In this document: in pieces, positions 1-9,853 of the stretch | How positions within the stretch are numbered: the stretch's first letter is position 1 | How the letters are laid out: the number at the start of each line of letters is the position of its first letter | Assembly: GCA_963809895.1 (NCBI GenBank) | Contig: CAWELD010000003.1 | Location: 3,264,001 to 3,328,000, forward strand | Direction of reading: 5' to 3' | From: an uncultured Gemmatimonadales bacterium | GTDB taxonomy: Bacteria; Gemmatimonadota; Gemmatimonadetes; Longimicrobiales; Gaopeijiaceae | Length of the DNA: 64,000 nucleotides | Program-made: the position numbers and the translations under genes | Notes under the pieces: model-generated | The model's database searches: none | What the model was told of the DNA's origin: nothing | The model's input: the letters and a program-made list of their open reading frames with translations, nothing else

Positions 1-136
1 CAACGGCGACCCCCAGGCAACGCAGGGCCCGGAACGACGCCCCTCGTCGTCCCACCAGGGCGAGTACCACCACCATCACCAGCGACACGGCCGTGGCCAG
101 GACGCACACCAGAAACAGAAGGTCGAAGACGCTCAC
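1..136 (-). CDS. partial membrane protein (runs off window edge)
   Basis: Manual translation from GTG at 136: MSVFDLLFLVCVLATAVSLVMVVVLALVGRRGASFRALRCLGVAV, hydrophobic, no stop before the edge. Confidence 0.55.
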   Translation of the reverse strand, partial: MSVFDLLFLVCVLATAVSLVMVVVLALVGRRGASFRALRCLGVAV

Positions 137-301
137 GGAGCGTACGAAACGCCGATCACGGCAAGATGGCAAGTCCAGGGTGAATCGCGTAGGGTACGGA
201 AGACGGCGGCCCCGGACATTGGAGCGAGGACGTGATCCTCAGGCGATTCGCGTGTCCAGAGCCTTGGGAATCAGCGCGACAGGGGGAGTTGAGAGAGAGT
301 C

Positions 302-2794
302 ATGGGGACCCTGACGTTCGACGTGCGCTACGCGATGCGCCGGCTCACGCGGGACTGGCGATTCACGATCCCCGCGGTGTTGGTGCTGGCGGTGGGAATC
401 GGCGCGAACACCGCCATGTTCAGCGTCGTGAACCGGGCGCTCTTCAAGCCGCTCCGTTTCCGCGACATCGATCGACTGGTCAACGTCTACCAGAACCAGG
501 GACGGGCCGCCGAACCCATCGGGAGCTCGTATCCCGCCTATCGGGACATGGCCGGCCTCACCGACGTCTTCTCGGGTGTCGCAGCCTTCTCGATGCCCCT
601 GGGCACGCGGTACCTGATCGGCGACCGCATCGTGACGGGGCTCGTCGAATACGCCACGCCCAACTATCCGGCGGTGCACGGCCTGACCCCCGCGTTGGGG
701 CGCTGGTTCACGCCCGAAGAAGACCGGCCAGACGCCAGTGTGGTCGGCGTCCTGAACCACCACACCTGGGTCTCGCGATTCGATGGAGACCCCGCGGTGG
801 TCGGCACCTCCATCCGCATCGGCGGCGTACCGGTCACGATCGTGGGGATCGGACCCGAGGGCTACAGCAGCAGCCTGCACTCGAGCCTCGTGACGGACTT
901 CTGGTTGCCCGTGTCCGCCACCGCCTCGGTGGGTGGATTCCAGGGGATGCTCGAGAACCGGAAGGGCAACGAGTTTCTGGTGCGGGCCCGCCTGCGTGAC
1001 GGCGTGAGCCTGCCCCAGGCGCAAGCCGCGCTGACGGCCCTCGGCGCCAGCCTGGCGGAGAAGTATCCCGGCGACGACCCCGGTCGCGGCATCTCCGTCA
1101 TCCCCACGGACGAAGTGCTGATCCATCCCCAGCTCGACAAGATGCTCGATGCGGGGGCTTCATTCCTGATGATCGTGGTGGCGATGCTCCTGACCATCGC
1201 CTGCACCAACCTCGCGACCTGGCTCCTGGTCCGGGGGATGGCGCGCGGGCGAGAGGTGTCGGTCCGACTGGCCCTGGGAGCGTCGCGGGCCCAGGTGGTG
1301 CGCCACCTCGTCGTCGAGAGCACCCTGCTCGCGGCGTTGGGGGGCGCCGTGGGATACGTCCTCGCCGACTGGGTGATGGGAATCGTGGCGACCCTGGACC
1401 TTCCCGTCGAGGTCGGCACGGGCCTCGACTACCGGGTGCTGGGGTTCACCCTGGCGCTGTCCTTGTTGACCGGGGTGGCATTCGGCCTGGCCCCCGCGCT
1501 CGCCGCGACCCGAGGCAGGCTGGCGCCCGCCCTGCGGGGCGACGGTGACATCGGGTCCAGCGGAGGCCGGAGATTCGGCCTCAAGCACGCGCTGGTCGTG
1601 TCGCAGGTCGTGCTCTCGTGCGTCCTGCTGGGGGTCGAGGGCGTCTACGTGCGTGCGCTCACGGCAACCCAGGACGTGGACCTCGGCTTCGACGTCGACC
1701 GCCTCGCGTTCGTCGAAACGGCGGCATCGTTCGCAGGGTACAGCAGCACCGAGGCCACCGCCCTCCAAGAGAACCTGCGGCAACGCCTCGCGGCGTCCCC
1801 TGGCGTCGAGTCGGCGACCCTCACCGTCGGCCCCCCGACGGGTTGGGACGGCAGCGGCGTGCCCATCGTGGACGGCTATCAGCCGGTCGATGGCGAGGGC
1901 TCCTATCTCCCGTGGATCTGGGCGGGGCCCGAATACTTCGAGGTCCTGGGGATTCCCTTGTTGCGGGGGCGCGCCTTCAGTGACGCCGATCGCGCCGACA
2001 CCCCGCGGGTCGCGATCATCAACGAGAGCCTCGCGCGCCGGTACTTCGGAACGTCCGACCCGGTGGGCCGGCGCCTGAGTGTTTCGGAGGGACCCCAGTC
2101 AGGCGACTCTGACGTGTCCGCCACGGACTTCGAGATCGTCGGCGTCGTGCCGGACGTGCGCACCTCGCTGGCGGATCCCCCGGGGCCGCTGATGTACCGC
2201 GCCTATCGCCAGGGACCAGCGAGTCCCACGACCGTGCTCGTGCGCACGAAGGGTGATCCAGCGAGTCTCCTGCGCCCCATGCGCGACGCGGTGCGCGAGC
2301 TCGACGAGGCCGTGCCGGTCATCTCGGCGACCACCCTGAGCAAGCAGGTCGCACGGGAGCTCGGGGCGGGGCGCACGCTGGTGTCGTTGCTGGGCGCACT
2401 CGGCGTGCTGGGACTCGGGCTGGCCAGTCTGGGGCTGTTCGCCGTGGTCTCCTTCGCCGTGTCGCGGCGCTCCCGGGAAATCGGGATCCGCACGGCGCTC
2501 GGTGCGCGACGGGCCGGGGTCATCTGGACGCTGTCGAAAGGCATGGCGACGCAGTTGGCGATCGGGCTGGCCGTCGGCCTCGCACTCGCGTGGCTGGCCG
2601 TCGGGAGCCTCGGGACGGTGGTGGCGAACCTGGGCCAGGCCGAGGGCGTGAACCTGAACTCCGCTCCCGCGCCCGACGCTCTGGCCTTCGGGGTGGTCGC
2701 GCTGGTCATGGCAGGCGTGGGGCTCGCGGCGACCCTCCTGCCTGCCTGGCGCGCGACCCGCCGCAGCCCGCACACGGTGTTGCGGGACCTGTAG
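302..2794 (+). CDS. ADOP-type duplicated ABC transporter permease (MacB_PCD/FtsX x2)
   Basis: 830 aa; LAVGIGANTAMFSVVN, IACTNLA, REVSVRLALGASR, and a second REIGIRTALGA repeat. Confidence 0.95.
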   Translation: MGTLTFDVRYAMRRLTRDWRFTIPAVLVLAVGIGANTAMFSVVNRALFKPLRFRDIDRLVNVYQNQGRAAEPIGSSYPAYRDMAGLTDVFSGVAAFSMPLGTRYLIGDRIVTGLVEYATPNYPAVHGLTPALGRWFTPEEDRPDASVVGVLNHHTWVSRFDGDPAVVGTSIRIGGVPVTIVGIGPEGYSSSLHSSLVTDFWLPVSATASVGGFQGMLENRKGNEFLVRARLRDGVSLPQAQAALTALGASLAEKYPGDDPGRGISVIPTDEVLIHPQLDKMLDAGASFLMIVVAMLLTIACTNLATWLLVRGMARGREVSVRLALGASRAQVVRHLVVESTLLAALGGAVGYVLADWVMGIVATLDLPVEVGTGLDYRVLGFTLALSLLTGVAFGLAPALAATRGRLAPALRGDGDIGSSGGRRFGLKHALVVSQVVLSCVLLGVEGVYVRALTATQDVDLGFDVDRLAFVETAASFAGYSSTEATALQENLRQRLAASPGVESATLTVGPPTGWDGSGVPIVDGYQPVDGEGSYLPWIWAGPEYFEVLGIPLLRGRAFSDADRADTPRVAIINESLARRYFGTSDPVGRRLSVSEGPQSGDSDVSATDFEIVGVVPDVRTSLADPPGPLMYRAYRQGPASPTTVLVRTKGDPASLLRPMRDAVRELDEAVPVISATTLSKQVARELGAGRTLVSLLGALGVLGLGLASLGLFAVVSFAVSRRSREIGIRTALGARRAGVIWTLSKGMATQLAIGLAVGLALAWLAVGSLGTVVANLGQAEGVNLNSAPAPDALAFGVVALVMAGVGLAATLLPAWRATRRSPHTVLRDL

Positions 2795-2910
2795 GCGCGG
2801 CACCAGAGACGGCGCCGACCGCCTGCACCGGCGAGGCAACGATCTGGCGGAGTGGACCGCATCGAGCGTAACCTGCGAGGCGATCCCTCGGTCCGAGCTC
2901 GGGAGGCGAC

Positions 2911-4287
2911 GTGAGCGTTCGTCGGATGTTGGTAACAGCGGTCGGCGCCGTGTCCTTCTCCGCCGCGTGCGGCGACGGGCTGCGCGAAGCGGGCGAAGAT
3001 CCGGCTTTCACGGAGAGGGACAGCGCAGGCGTAACGATCGTCGAGAACGGGAATCCCACGATCGCTCCGGCAGCCCTCAGGGAGACGCTCCGGATCGGAT
3101 TCATGGACGGACCCCCGGAGTATCAGTTCGTCCGCCTGAGAGACGTGGCGATCGACCAGGACGGGACGATCTACGCCTTGGACCTGGGTACGGCCGACGT
3201 GCGTGTCTACGACGCGGACGGAACGCACCTGCGCACGTGCGGCCGCTCCGGGCAAGGACCCGGGGAATTCCGTTCACCGAACAGACTGTGGCTCCTGGGC
3301 GACACCCTCGTCGTCAGTGACCTGGACCCGGCGCGGCTCACTCGCCTCACGAAGCACTGCGACGTGATCGCGACACAATCGATGAGGGGGTCCAACCGCG
3401 ATCAACTCCTCCCACTCGGGGCCGTGCCCGGTGCCTGGTTGGCTATCCCCTTGCGATGGTCCACGGCTTTCAACTATCAGCCCGGCGTGGAGCAGAGGGA
3501 CACGACGCTCGTGCTGCGGGTGACTTCCTTCGGCGACGCTCTCGAGAGCATGCAATCCTCGGGCGACGTGCCCTTGGCTGGACGACCCGGCATCGGAGGC
3601 ATCGTCGTCCGGATGATCGGAGGTCGGCGAGTCGGCGTGCGAGGGACCATGCCAAGCCCTGATGGGACCACCCAGTCTCTGCTGACGGTGGCCACCCCCT
3701 TGTTCGAGCCGTCTCCGAACCGGGCAATCGACGGGCTGGGTCACCTGCATTACACGAGCGGCAAGACGTACGAGATCGAGACCTACGATTCGGACGGGCG
3801 CCTTCTCCGGCGTCTGCGCCGAGCATACGAGCCCGTTCCCATTTCCGAGTCTCTGATCGACCGCTTTCGCGATGCGCAGCGCAGCTACTGGGATACGGTG
3901 ACGATGCGTGGAGAATCGGGTTTGGCGAAGGCCAACGACGAGGCCCGGTCCAGCATGCCCACGGTCGCCTCGCTCCCCCCCATTTCTCAACTCCTGGCCT
4001 CGAGAGAGGGCGCACTCTGGGTACGGCGCGCGGACCTTCTCGACGACCCCCTCGAGTTGGAATGGCGCCGGCCTCCGCCACCGCGTCGAGGGACCATATG
4101 GGACCGCTTCGACCCGGAAGGGCGCTACCTCGGCTCCGTCGCCGTAGACGCGTCGCTGACCCCACTTGTGGTGGGTCAGGACTGGGTGGTGGGCATCCTC
4201 CGGGACTCCCTCGATGTCCAGTATCTCGCGCGCTTCGAGGTCGTCCGCGATCTGACCACTCGTGACGGGGAGTCCGGCGATTGGTAG
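2911..4287 (+). CDS. 6-bladed beta-propeller lipoprotein
   Basis: Lipobox SAAC; ERDSAGVTIVEN; GRSGQGPGEF; C-terminal RDSLDVQYLARFEV. Confidence 0.85.
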   Translation: MSVRRMLVTAVGAVSFSAACGDGLREAGEDPAFTERDSAGVTIVENGNPTIAPAALRETLRIGFMDGPPEYQFVRLRDVAIDQDGTIYALDLGTADVRVYDADGTHLRTCGRSGQGPGEFRSPNRLWLLGDTLVVSDLDPARLTRLTKHCDVIATQSMRGSNRDQLLPLGAVPGAWLAIPLRWSTAFNYQPGVEQRDTTLVLRVTSFGDALESMQSSGDVPLAGRPGIGGIVVRMIGGRRVGVRGTMPSPDGTTQSLLTVATPLFEPSPNRAIDGLGHLHYTSGKTYEIETYDSDGRLLRRLRRAYEPVPISESLIDRFRDAQRSYWDTVTMRGESGLAKANDEARSSMPTVASLPPISQLLASREGALWVRRADLLDDPLELEWRRPPPPRRGTIWDRFDPEGRYLGSVAVDASLTPLVVGQDWVVGILRDSLDVQYLARFEVVRDLTTRDGESGDW

Positions 4288-4504
4288 ACTTCGTCACGCA
4301 ATGGGTGTCGAATGGACCAAGCGCTCGGCCGGCGGAGCACTGTGTGCCCGTTCGAGCATCGTGGGCGTGCCGAATGCCACCCGTCGCTCGTGAGGCGTCG
4401 ACGCTTGATCCGTTCTTCACCTCCACCGGACGGACCGACGAAGGGTCGTATCCCGTCACCGAGCGAGACGCAGGACGGCGTGCCCTCTGCAGAGGATTCG
4501 CGAC

Positions 4505-5197
4505 ATGACACTGCACCGGGAAGTGCATCGGACCGCACGAATCGGATGGCTCCGCGCGGCGGTCCTCGGAGCCAATGACGGGATCGTCTCGACGGCCAGC
4601 TTGATCGTGGGTGTGGCCGCCGCAGCCGTGGACCAGTCGGGAATCCTGCTCGCCGGCGTGGCGGGGCTCGTGGCGGGAGCCATGTCCATGGCTGCCGGCG
4701 AATACGTGTCGGTCAGCTCGCAGGCGGACACCGAGGCCGCAGATCGGCGGCGCGAAGAGGCCGAGCTGGCGGCGGAGCCGGATGCGGAGCTCACCGAGCT
4801 CACCAACATCTACGTGAGCCGCGGCCTGGCGCCGGAGCTGGCGCGTGAGGTGGCCGTGCAGATGACGCAACGCGGAGCCCTGACCGCGCACCTCCGCGAC
4901 GAGCTCGGCCTCACGGAACTCCACGCGGCACGTCCCGTTCAGGCCGCGCTCGCCTCGGCGGCCTCGTTCGCCGTGGGTGCGACGATCCCGCTGGTGGTGG
5001 CGGCTGTCGCCCCGCTCTCGAGCGTCGTCCCGTTCGTGTCGGGCGCCTCGCTCGTGTGCCTCGCGACCCTGGGTGCCATCTCGGCCAAAGCCGGCGGCGC
5101 CCCCGTCCTGCGTGCCACGCTACGGGTGTGTTTCTGGGGGGTGCTCGCGATGGCGTTGACGGCCCTGATCGGTCGGCTCTTCGGCGCGGTGGTGTAG
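4505..5197 (+). CDS. VIT1/CCC1 family Fe2+/Mn2+ transporter
   Basis: WLRAAVLGANDGIVS and AGAMSMAAGEYVSVSSQ signatures. Confidence 0.95.
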   Translation: MTLHREVHRTARIGWLRAAVLGANDGIVSTASLIVGVAAAAVDQSGILLAGVAGLVAGAMSMAAGEYVSVSSQADTEAADRRREEAELAAEPDAELTELTNIYVSRGLAPELAREVAVQMTQRGALTAHLRDELGLTELHAARPVQAALASAASFAVGATIPLVVAAVAPLSSVVPFVSGASLVCLATLGAISAKAGGAPVLRATLRVCFWGVLAMALTALIGRLFGAVV

Positions 5198-5199
5198 GC

Positions 5200-7113
5200 T
5201 CACCCTCCCTGCCAGCCGTTGTTCGACGAGTCGGCATCGACCCAGATGCCGCTGTCGATCTCCACGGCCTGAAGGTCACCCTGCGGGTCGACCGACACCG
5301 TGGCGCGCGCCGGGTCCGCCTCCCAGACGGCGGCCGTCTGGTGCTGGCGAGTGGTGGTACCATCCGCCCAGGTCAGGACCAGGTCGAACGGCGCAGCCAT
5401 CCCCCCGATGTTGTCTACCGTGACCGTGTATCCGTGGCCTTCCTGGGCCACGCTTCCGACCCCGAGGTCGATGTAGTTGTTGCTGAAGAACCAGTTGCTC
5501 CAGAACCAGTCCAGAGAGCGCCCGGCCACGTCGTCGAAGGTGTAGAAGAAGTCCCAGGGCGTCGGGTGCTTGCCGTGCCAGCGCGTCATGTACGCATGCA
5601 GGCAGCGTCGGAAAAGCTCGTCACCCAGCATGTCCTTGACGGCCAGGTAGCCCAGGGCGGGCTTGCCGTAGGCGTTGATGCCGTAGGCGTTACCCGTGAG
5701 CACGTCGGCGGGCGTGATGATGGGCAGGTCCTTTACGGGCGTCGTGCTCCGGGCCCAATCGTTCACGCGGAAGGCCTCGAAGAACTCCCCCGCCGCGTCC
5801 ACGCCCCGGTCCGCCGAGTTGATCAGATACTCGAACGTGGTCGCCCAGCCTTCGTCCATGAAGGCGTAGCGCGTCTCGTTGATGCCCATGTAGAACGGCA
5901 TGTAGGTGTGGGCGATCTCGTGCGCCACGACGAACAGTGAGAACGCGGGATCATCGTAGGCCTGATCGTTGGCCATCATCGGATACTCCATCCCCGCGCC
6001 GCCCTCGAAGGCCGTCATCTTCTCCCAGGGATAGGGCACCCCGGGCCACTCGTGCGAGAGGAAGTCCAGGGAGTGCTGCACATTGCCCACCATCTCGTGA
6101 ACATCGGGCGCGTCGTCGCTGTACGCCGCCTGCGTACTCGTCCGTCGGCCCGTCGCATCGTCCACCACGACGCTCGCAGCTTCCCAGTCGTAGTGATCGC
6201 TCAGACCGAAGGCCACGTCCGGTACGTTGCTGGACGTGAAATGCCAGGTGTTGGTCAGGTGCTCAGCCGTGACGGCTCCGGCACCGATCTGTGTGGCCGT
6301 GCCGATCACGATGGTCGTATCGGAGGTCATCGACGCCCGGTAGCGCGCGAGCGCCGCCGGCTGCAGCACGTCCTCGTCGTTGACCAGCGTGCCGGTCCCC
6401 CACACCGCATAGGTGCCCGGGACCGTCACCGTCACATCGTAGTCGTTGAAGTCGCTGTAGAACTCGTGGCCCGTGTGGGCCATGGTGTCCCAGCCGTTGT
6501 AGTCGTCGTAGACCGCCACGCGCGGATAGAAATAGGCCAGGTAGAAGGTGGTCTCGTCGATGGCGCCTTCCCGGCCGGGCTGCACCGACACGTCCCATTC
6601 CCAGGTGAACGCGAGATGGACGGAGTCCTGGGGTGACAGCGGCTGCGGGAGTTGGACGTTCGCAACCGTGAAGATGGGCCGATCGTCCGGCCACGGGCGC
6701 GTCTCGCCGTTCACCGAGAAGGACCGGATGTGAACGCCGGACGTGAGGAAGTCCGGTCCCGCACCGCCATCTCTGGGCGCGCCGGGCTTGTGGATGTTGT
6801 TGAGCAGACGGATCACCAGGTTGGACAGCGTGTCGGGGCTGTTGTTGAAGTAGGTGATCGTCTCCCTGCCCGTGACGGTCCGGTCCGGCGGCGTCGCGCT
6901 GATCGCGATCGTGTATCGCCCGCGATTCTGCCAGTACCGGGGGCCCGGATTCCCGTCCAGGGATCGGGTGCCCTCGGCATACGTGCGCTTGATGGAGCGC
7001 GGCGTGTAGAGCGACTGGGCCGCCGCAGGGGCCGCCACCGCCGCGAGGATGAGTGTGCCGAGAACGATCGGAGCCATCCGTGGAGCGCGAGAAGCCGGCA
7101 TGTCGATATCCAT
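5200..7113 (-). CDS. secreted M1 family metallo-aminopeptidase
   Basis: GAGMEYPM, HEIAH...MDEG zinc motif, YGKP; signal peptide; start set near 7101-7113 rather than the longest-ORF start at 7854. Confidence 0.93.
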   Translation of the reverse strand: MDIDMPASRAPRMAPIVLGTLILAAVAAPAAAQSLYTPRSIKRTYAEGTRSLDGNPGPRYWQNRGRYTIAISATPPDRTVTGRETITYFNNSPDTLSNLVIRLLNNIHKPGAPRDGGAGPDFLTSGVHIRSFSVNGETRPWPDDRPIFTVANVQLPQPLSPQDSVHLAFTWEWDVSVQPGREGAIDETTFYLAYFYPRVAVYDDYNGWDTMAHTGHEFYSDFNDYDVTVTVPGTYAVWGTGTLVNDEDVLQPAALARYRASMTSDTTIVIGTATQIGAGAVTAEHLTNTWHFTSSNVPDVAFGLSDHYDWEAASVVVDDATGRRTSTQAAYSDDAPDVHEMVGNVQHSLDFLSHEWPGVPYPWEKMTAFEGGAGMEYPMMANDQAYDDPAFSLFVVAHEIAHTYMPFYMGINETRYAFMDEGWATTFEYLINSADRGVDAAGEFFEAFRVNDWARSTTPVKDLPIITPADVLTGNAYGINAYGKPALGYLAVKDMLGDELFRRCLHAYMTRWHGKHPTPWDFFYTFDDVAGRSLDWFWSNWFFSNNYIDLGVGSVAQEGHGYTVTVDNIGGMAAPFDLVLTWADGTTTRQHQTAAVWEADPARATVSVDPQGDLQAVEIDSGIWVDADSSNNGWQGG

Positions 7114-7480
7114 GACTGAGGTCCATCCGCGGGACGCTGACCCTACGCAGTGGGGGGCCGCCGGGTTCCCCTGGCGGTTGGGGTGAGACCGAGGATAACC
7201 TGCGCCTGGGCCAGAGATTGCGATCAGCGTGAGACGCTGGGCAGCGACTCTCTCTACGGGCGTCCGGATCCGGGACTCTACTACTCGGTGGTACTCAGCC
7301 TCAATGGCCGCTTCGTCGAGGTGCCGGTGATGCCGTAGGATGCACGGAGAGCGAGGGCGATCCAGCCTGACTTCGCCAAGGAGAAGAAGCCGCGGCCCAC
7401 CGGCAAAGCGTAACGCAACCTGAAAGCGATCGGCCCCAACCTCGGTACCATGTTCAGTTCCCTCCAACGGAGACACTGCC

Positions 7481-8746
7481 ATGGTCCGATTCCTCGTCCG
7501 ATCCCCATCCGGAGCTCGCGCACGATCCCAGGTCATTCTCGCCAGCCTTCTCCTGGCTGCCTGCGGGGGGGATGGAGGCACCACCGAGCCTCCCATGCCC
7601 GGGCCCGTGGTCTCGGTAGCCGTGAGTCCATCGAGTCCCTCCATCACGTTCCTGGACGAGACGGTGCAGCTTTCGGCCACGGCCCGGGACGCCAACGGCA
7701 CCGTGGTGCCGGACGCGAGCGTCACCTGGAGCTCGTCTGACCTCTCCGTCGCCACGGTGAGCGACGCGGGCCTGGTGACGGCCGTGGGCGGCGGCAGTGC
7801 GGACATCACCGCCACGGCCGCGGGCCACAGCGATGTCGCGAGGATTTCCGTCACCGGACCCTCCGACCTGGACTTCCTGAGGTCCGATTGGACCGGCGAG
7901 GCGACGGCCTACACCGACGCCGGCACGGAGACCTTGGCACTGGCCGGCACAGGCGTCGCGCGGGTGGACGGCGCAGCGACGCGGCTGGGTCTGGTCGTGG
8001 GCACCGGTGACGACGCGCGGGAGCTCGTGCTCCTGGGACACCTGGACGGATCCGTCCGGGTCCTGCTGGGGCTGGCGGACGGCTACCGCGGGACCTTCGC
8101 CATGACCGAGGGCGTCTTCGACGGCCTGGGCGGGGCCAGCTTCGACTCCCGGCAACGCCTCGGTGACCAGCGCATGGAGCGCGTGCGCATGGGCGAGTTC
8201 CGCGAGTCGAGCTTCGAGCTTCTCGTGGACGTTTCAGACGACGCCGGCGCCACGTGGAGCCCGGTGTGGGCCTTCCATCTCGAGAAGACCAACGACGGCC
8301 CGGCGCTCCCCGACCTGGAATCCCCCGAGTGCGCAGCCGTGGACTACGCCGACTTCGGATTCTGGCAGGGAGACTGGAACGTGACCGCCGGAGGTGGGCA
8401 GGCCGGCACCGACCTGGTCGAGCCTCTGGCCTCCATGTGCGGCATCCAGGAGAACTGGACCGCCACGGGCGGGAGCACCGGCATCAGCCTCAACATGTAC
8501 GATCCCCGGTCGGGCCTCTGGACCCAGTACTGGGTGGATTCCGCCGGCGCGTATCTCGAGCTCACCGGAGGACTACAGGGGAATTCCATGGTGCTCCAGG
8601 GACTTCGCGGTGGGGCCGGGAACGTGCTGGACCGCGTGACCTGGACGCCCAACGCTGACGGTTCCGTGCGGCAACTCTGGGAGACCAACACCGGCGGGAC
8701 CGGATGGACGACGACCTTCGACGGGCTCTATCGGCCCAAGGGATAG
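7481..8746 (+). CDS. lipoprotein with bacterial Ig-like (Big_2) domain and C-terminal DUF1579-like beta-barrel domain(s)
   Basis: LLAAC lipobox; VTWSSSDLSVATVSDAGLVTAVGGG (Big_2); FGFWQGDWNV...YDPRSGLWTQYWVD...VRQLWE. Confidence 0.8.
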   Translation: MVRFLVRSPSGARARSQVILASLLLAACGGDGGTTEPPMPGPVVSVAVSPSSPSITFLDETVQLSATARDANGTVVPDASVTWSSSDLSVATVSDAGLVTAVGGGSADITATAAGHSDVARISVTGPSDLDFLRSDWTGEATAYTDAGTETLALAGTGVARVDGAATRLGLVVGTGDDARELVLLGHLDGSVRVLLGLADGYRGTFAMTEGVFDGLGGASFDSRQRLGDQRMERVRMGEFRESSFELLVDVSDDAGATWSPVWAFHLEKTNDGPALPDLESPECAAVDYADFGFWQGDWNVTAGGGQAGTDLVEPLASMCGIQENWTATGGSTGISLNMYDPRSGLWTQYWVDSAGAYLELTGGLQGNSMVLQGLRGGAGNVLDRVTWTPNADGSVRQLWETNTGGTGWTTTFDGLYRPKG

Positions 8747-9153
8747 GGGGCTCGCGCGCGTGGCCCTCTCAGCGCAGTCGATAGGTCGCCGTCGCTCGGC
8801 AAGGAATACCGGCACCCACGCGTGCTCCGGTCCGTCGGCGAAGGGATGGATCTCCTCATCGGACGTCTGGCCGTACCTGGAGACATCGAATCCGTAGTGA
8901 CCTGCACTGACACCCGCAGTGAAGCGGGCGGCGCGGTGCACAGCGTGCCCATGCGGGTATCGGTGCCCCACCACCGGGCCAGGCTGCCCCGGATCCCCAG
9001 GAGCCTGCCCGCGGGTACGGTGGCCTCTACGCGCACGCCCGGCCCACCCTCGAGGGCGAGCCGACGCATGACCTCGCTGAGGTGAAGCTCGTGCTTCGCT
9101 GAAGCCGCGGAGCTCAGATCCAGCGACCGTCGCACCCCGTCGGATACGGCCAT
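8728..9153 (-). CDS. hypothetical protein (possibly decayed or frameshifted)
   Basis: ORF fills the gap between genes; no recognisable motif. Confidence 0.25.
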   Translation of the reverse strand: MAVSDGVRRSLDLSSAASAKHELHLSEVMRRLALEGGPGVRVEATVPAGRLLGIRGSLARWWGTDTRMGTLCTAPPASLRVSVQVTTDSMSPGTARRPMRRSIPSPTDRSTRGCRYSLPSDGDLSTALRGPRARAPYPLGR

Positions 9154-9215
9154 GGCCCCGACCCGGCGCCGACCCTATCATTCAATCTCACCATCGCTCC
9201 CTCCTCACGCTGGTC

Positions 9216-9773
9216 ATGATCCTCCAGGACCAACTCCGCGAGCTCCTTCGGCGCCAGGACGGCTTCTCCGAGCAACTCGGTGACGTCGTTCGGTCGCAAG
9301 GCACGATGGTGGAGCGTCTGGGGTCGGCCGAGACGACGCAGGTGAGCATCCTGAATCGGCTCGATTCTCTCGAGACGACGCAGGTGAGCATCCTGAATCG
9401 GCTCGATTCTCTCGAGACGACGCAGGCGAGCATCCTGAATCGGCTCGACTCTCTCGAGACGACGCAGGCGAGCATCCTGAATCGGCTCGATTCTCTCGAG
9501 ACGACGCAGGCGAGCATCCTGAATCGGCTCGATTCCATGGAGCGGAGACAGGAAGCGGCGTCGGAGGAGTTCGGCCAGCTCGTCCAGTTTCTGGGCCGGA
9601 AGTTCGCGTCGATCGACCGACGCTTCGAGGCAGTCGATGAGCGATTCGTCCGGCTGGAGGTCGGTCTCGAGGGCGTCCGTGACGAGATCCGGATCCTCGC
9701 CGAGGGCATCGGAGGCCTGAACCAGCGCCTGGACCGCTTCATGGAGCGGATGGAGAGACTCGAGGCGAACTGA
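9216..9773 (+). CDS. coiled-coil protein with 14-aa tandem repeats
   Basis: (L)ETTQ(V/A)SILNRLDS x5; heptad-rich tail DRRFEAVDERFVRLE. Confidence 0.8.
   Translation: MILQDQLRELLRRQDGFSEQLGDVVRSQGTMVERLGSAETTQVSILNRLDSLETTQVSILNRLDSLETTQASILNRLDSLETTQASILNRLDSLETTQASILNRLDSMERRQEAASEEFGQLVQFLGRKFASIDRRFEAVDERFVRLEVGLEGVRDEIRILAEGIGGLNQRLDRFMERMERLEAN
9330..9535 (+). repeat. 42-bp coding tandem repeat, about 5 copies
   Basis: GAGACGACGCAGG(T/C)GAGCATCCTGAATCGGCTCGA(T/C)TCTCTC starting at 9330, 9372, 9414, 9456 and 9498. Confidence 0.97.
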
Positions 9774-9853
9774 GGGTAGGCTCCGTCGGGGAACCGGAAC
9801 TGCGAGTCCTGACCGGAAGTAGTGTCGTTGGCTTCTCTGGACCTGGAGCGCAC

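Noticed and set aside
7114..7854. N-terminal extension of the 884-aa M1 ORF
   Set aside because: It overlaps the real + strand gene at 7481, and the signal peptide lies near 7100
9330..9535. CRISPR array
   Set aside because: Units are contiguous with no unique spacers, and the length is a multiple of 3 inside an ORF, so this is a coding VNTR
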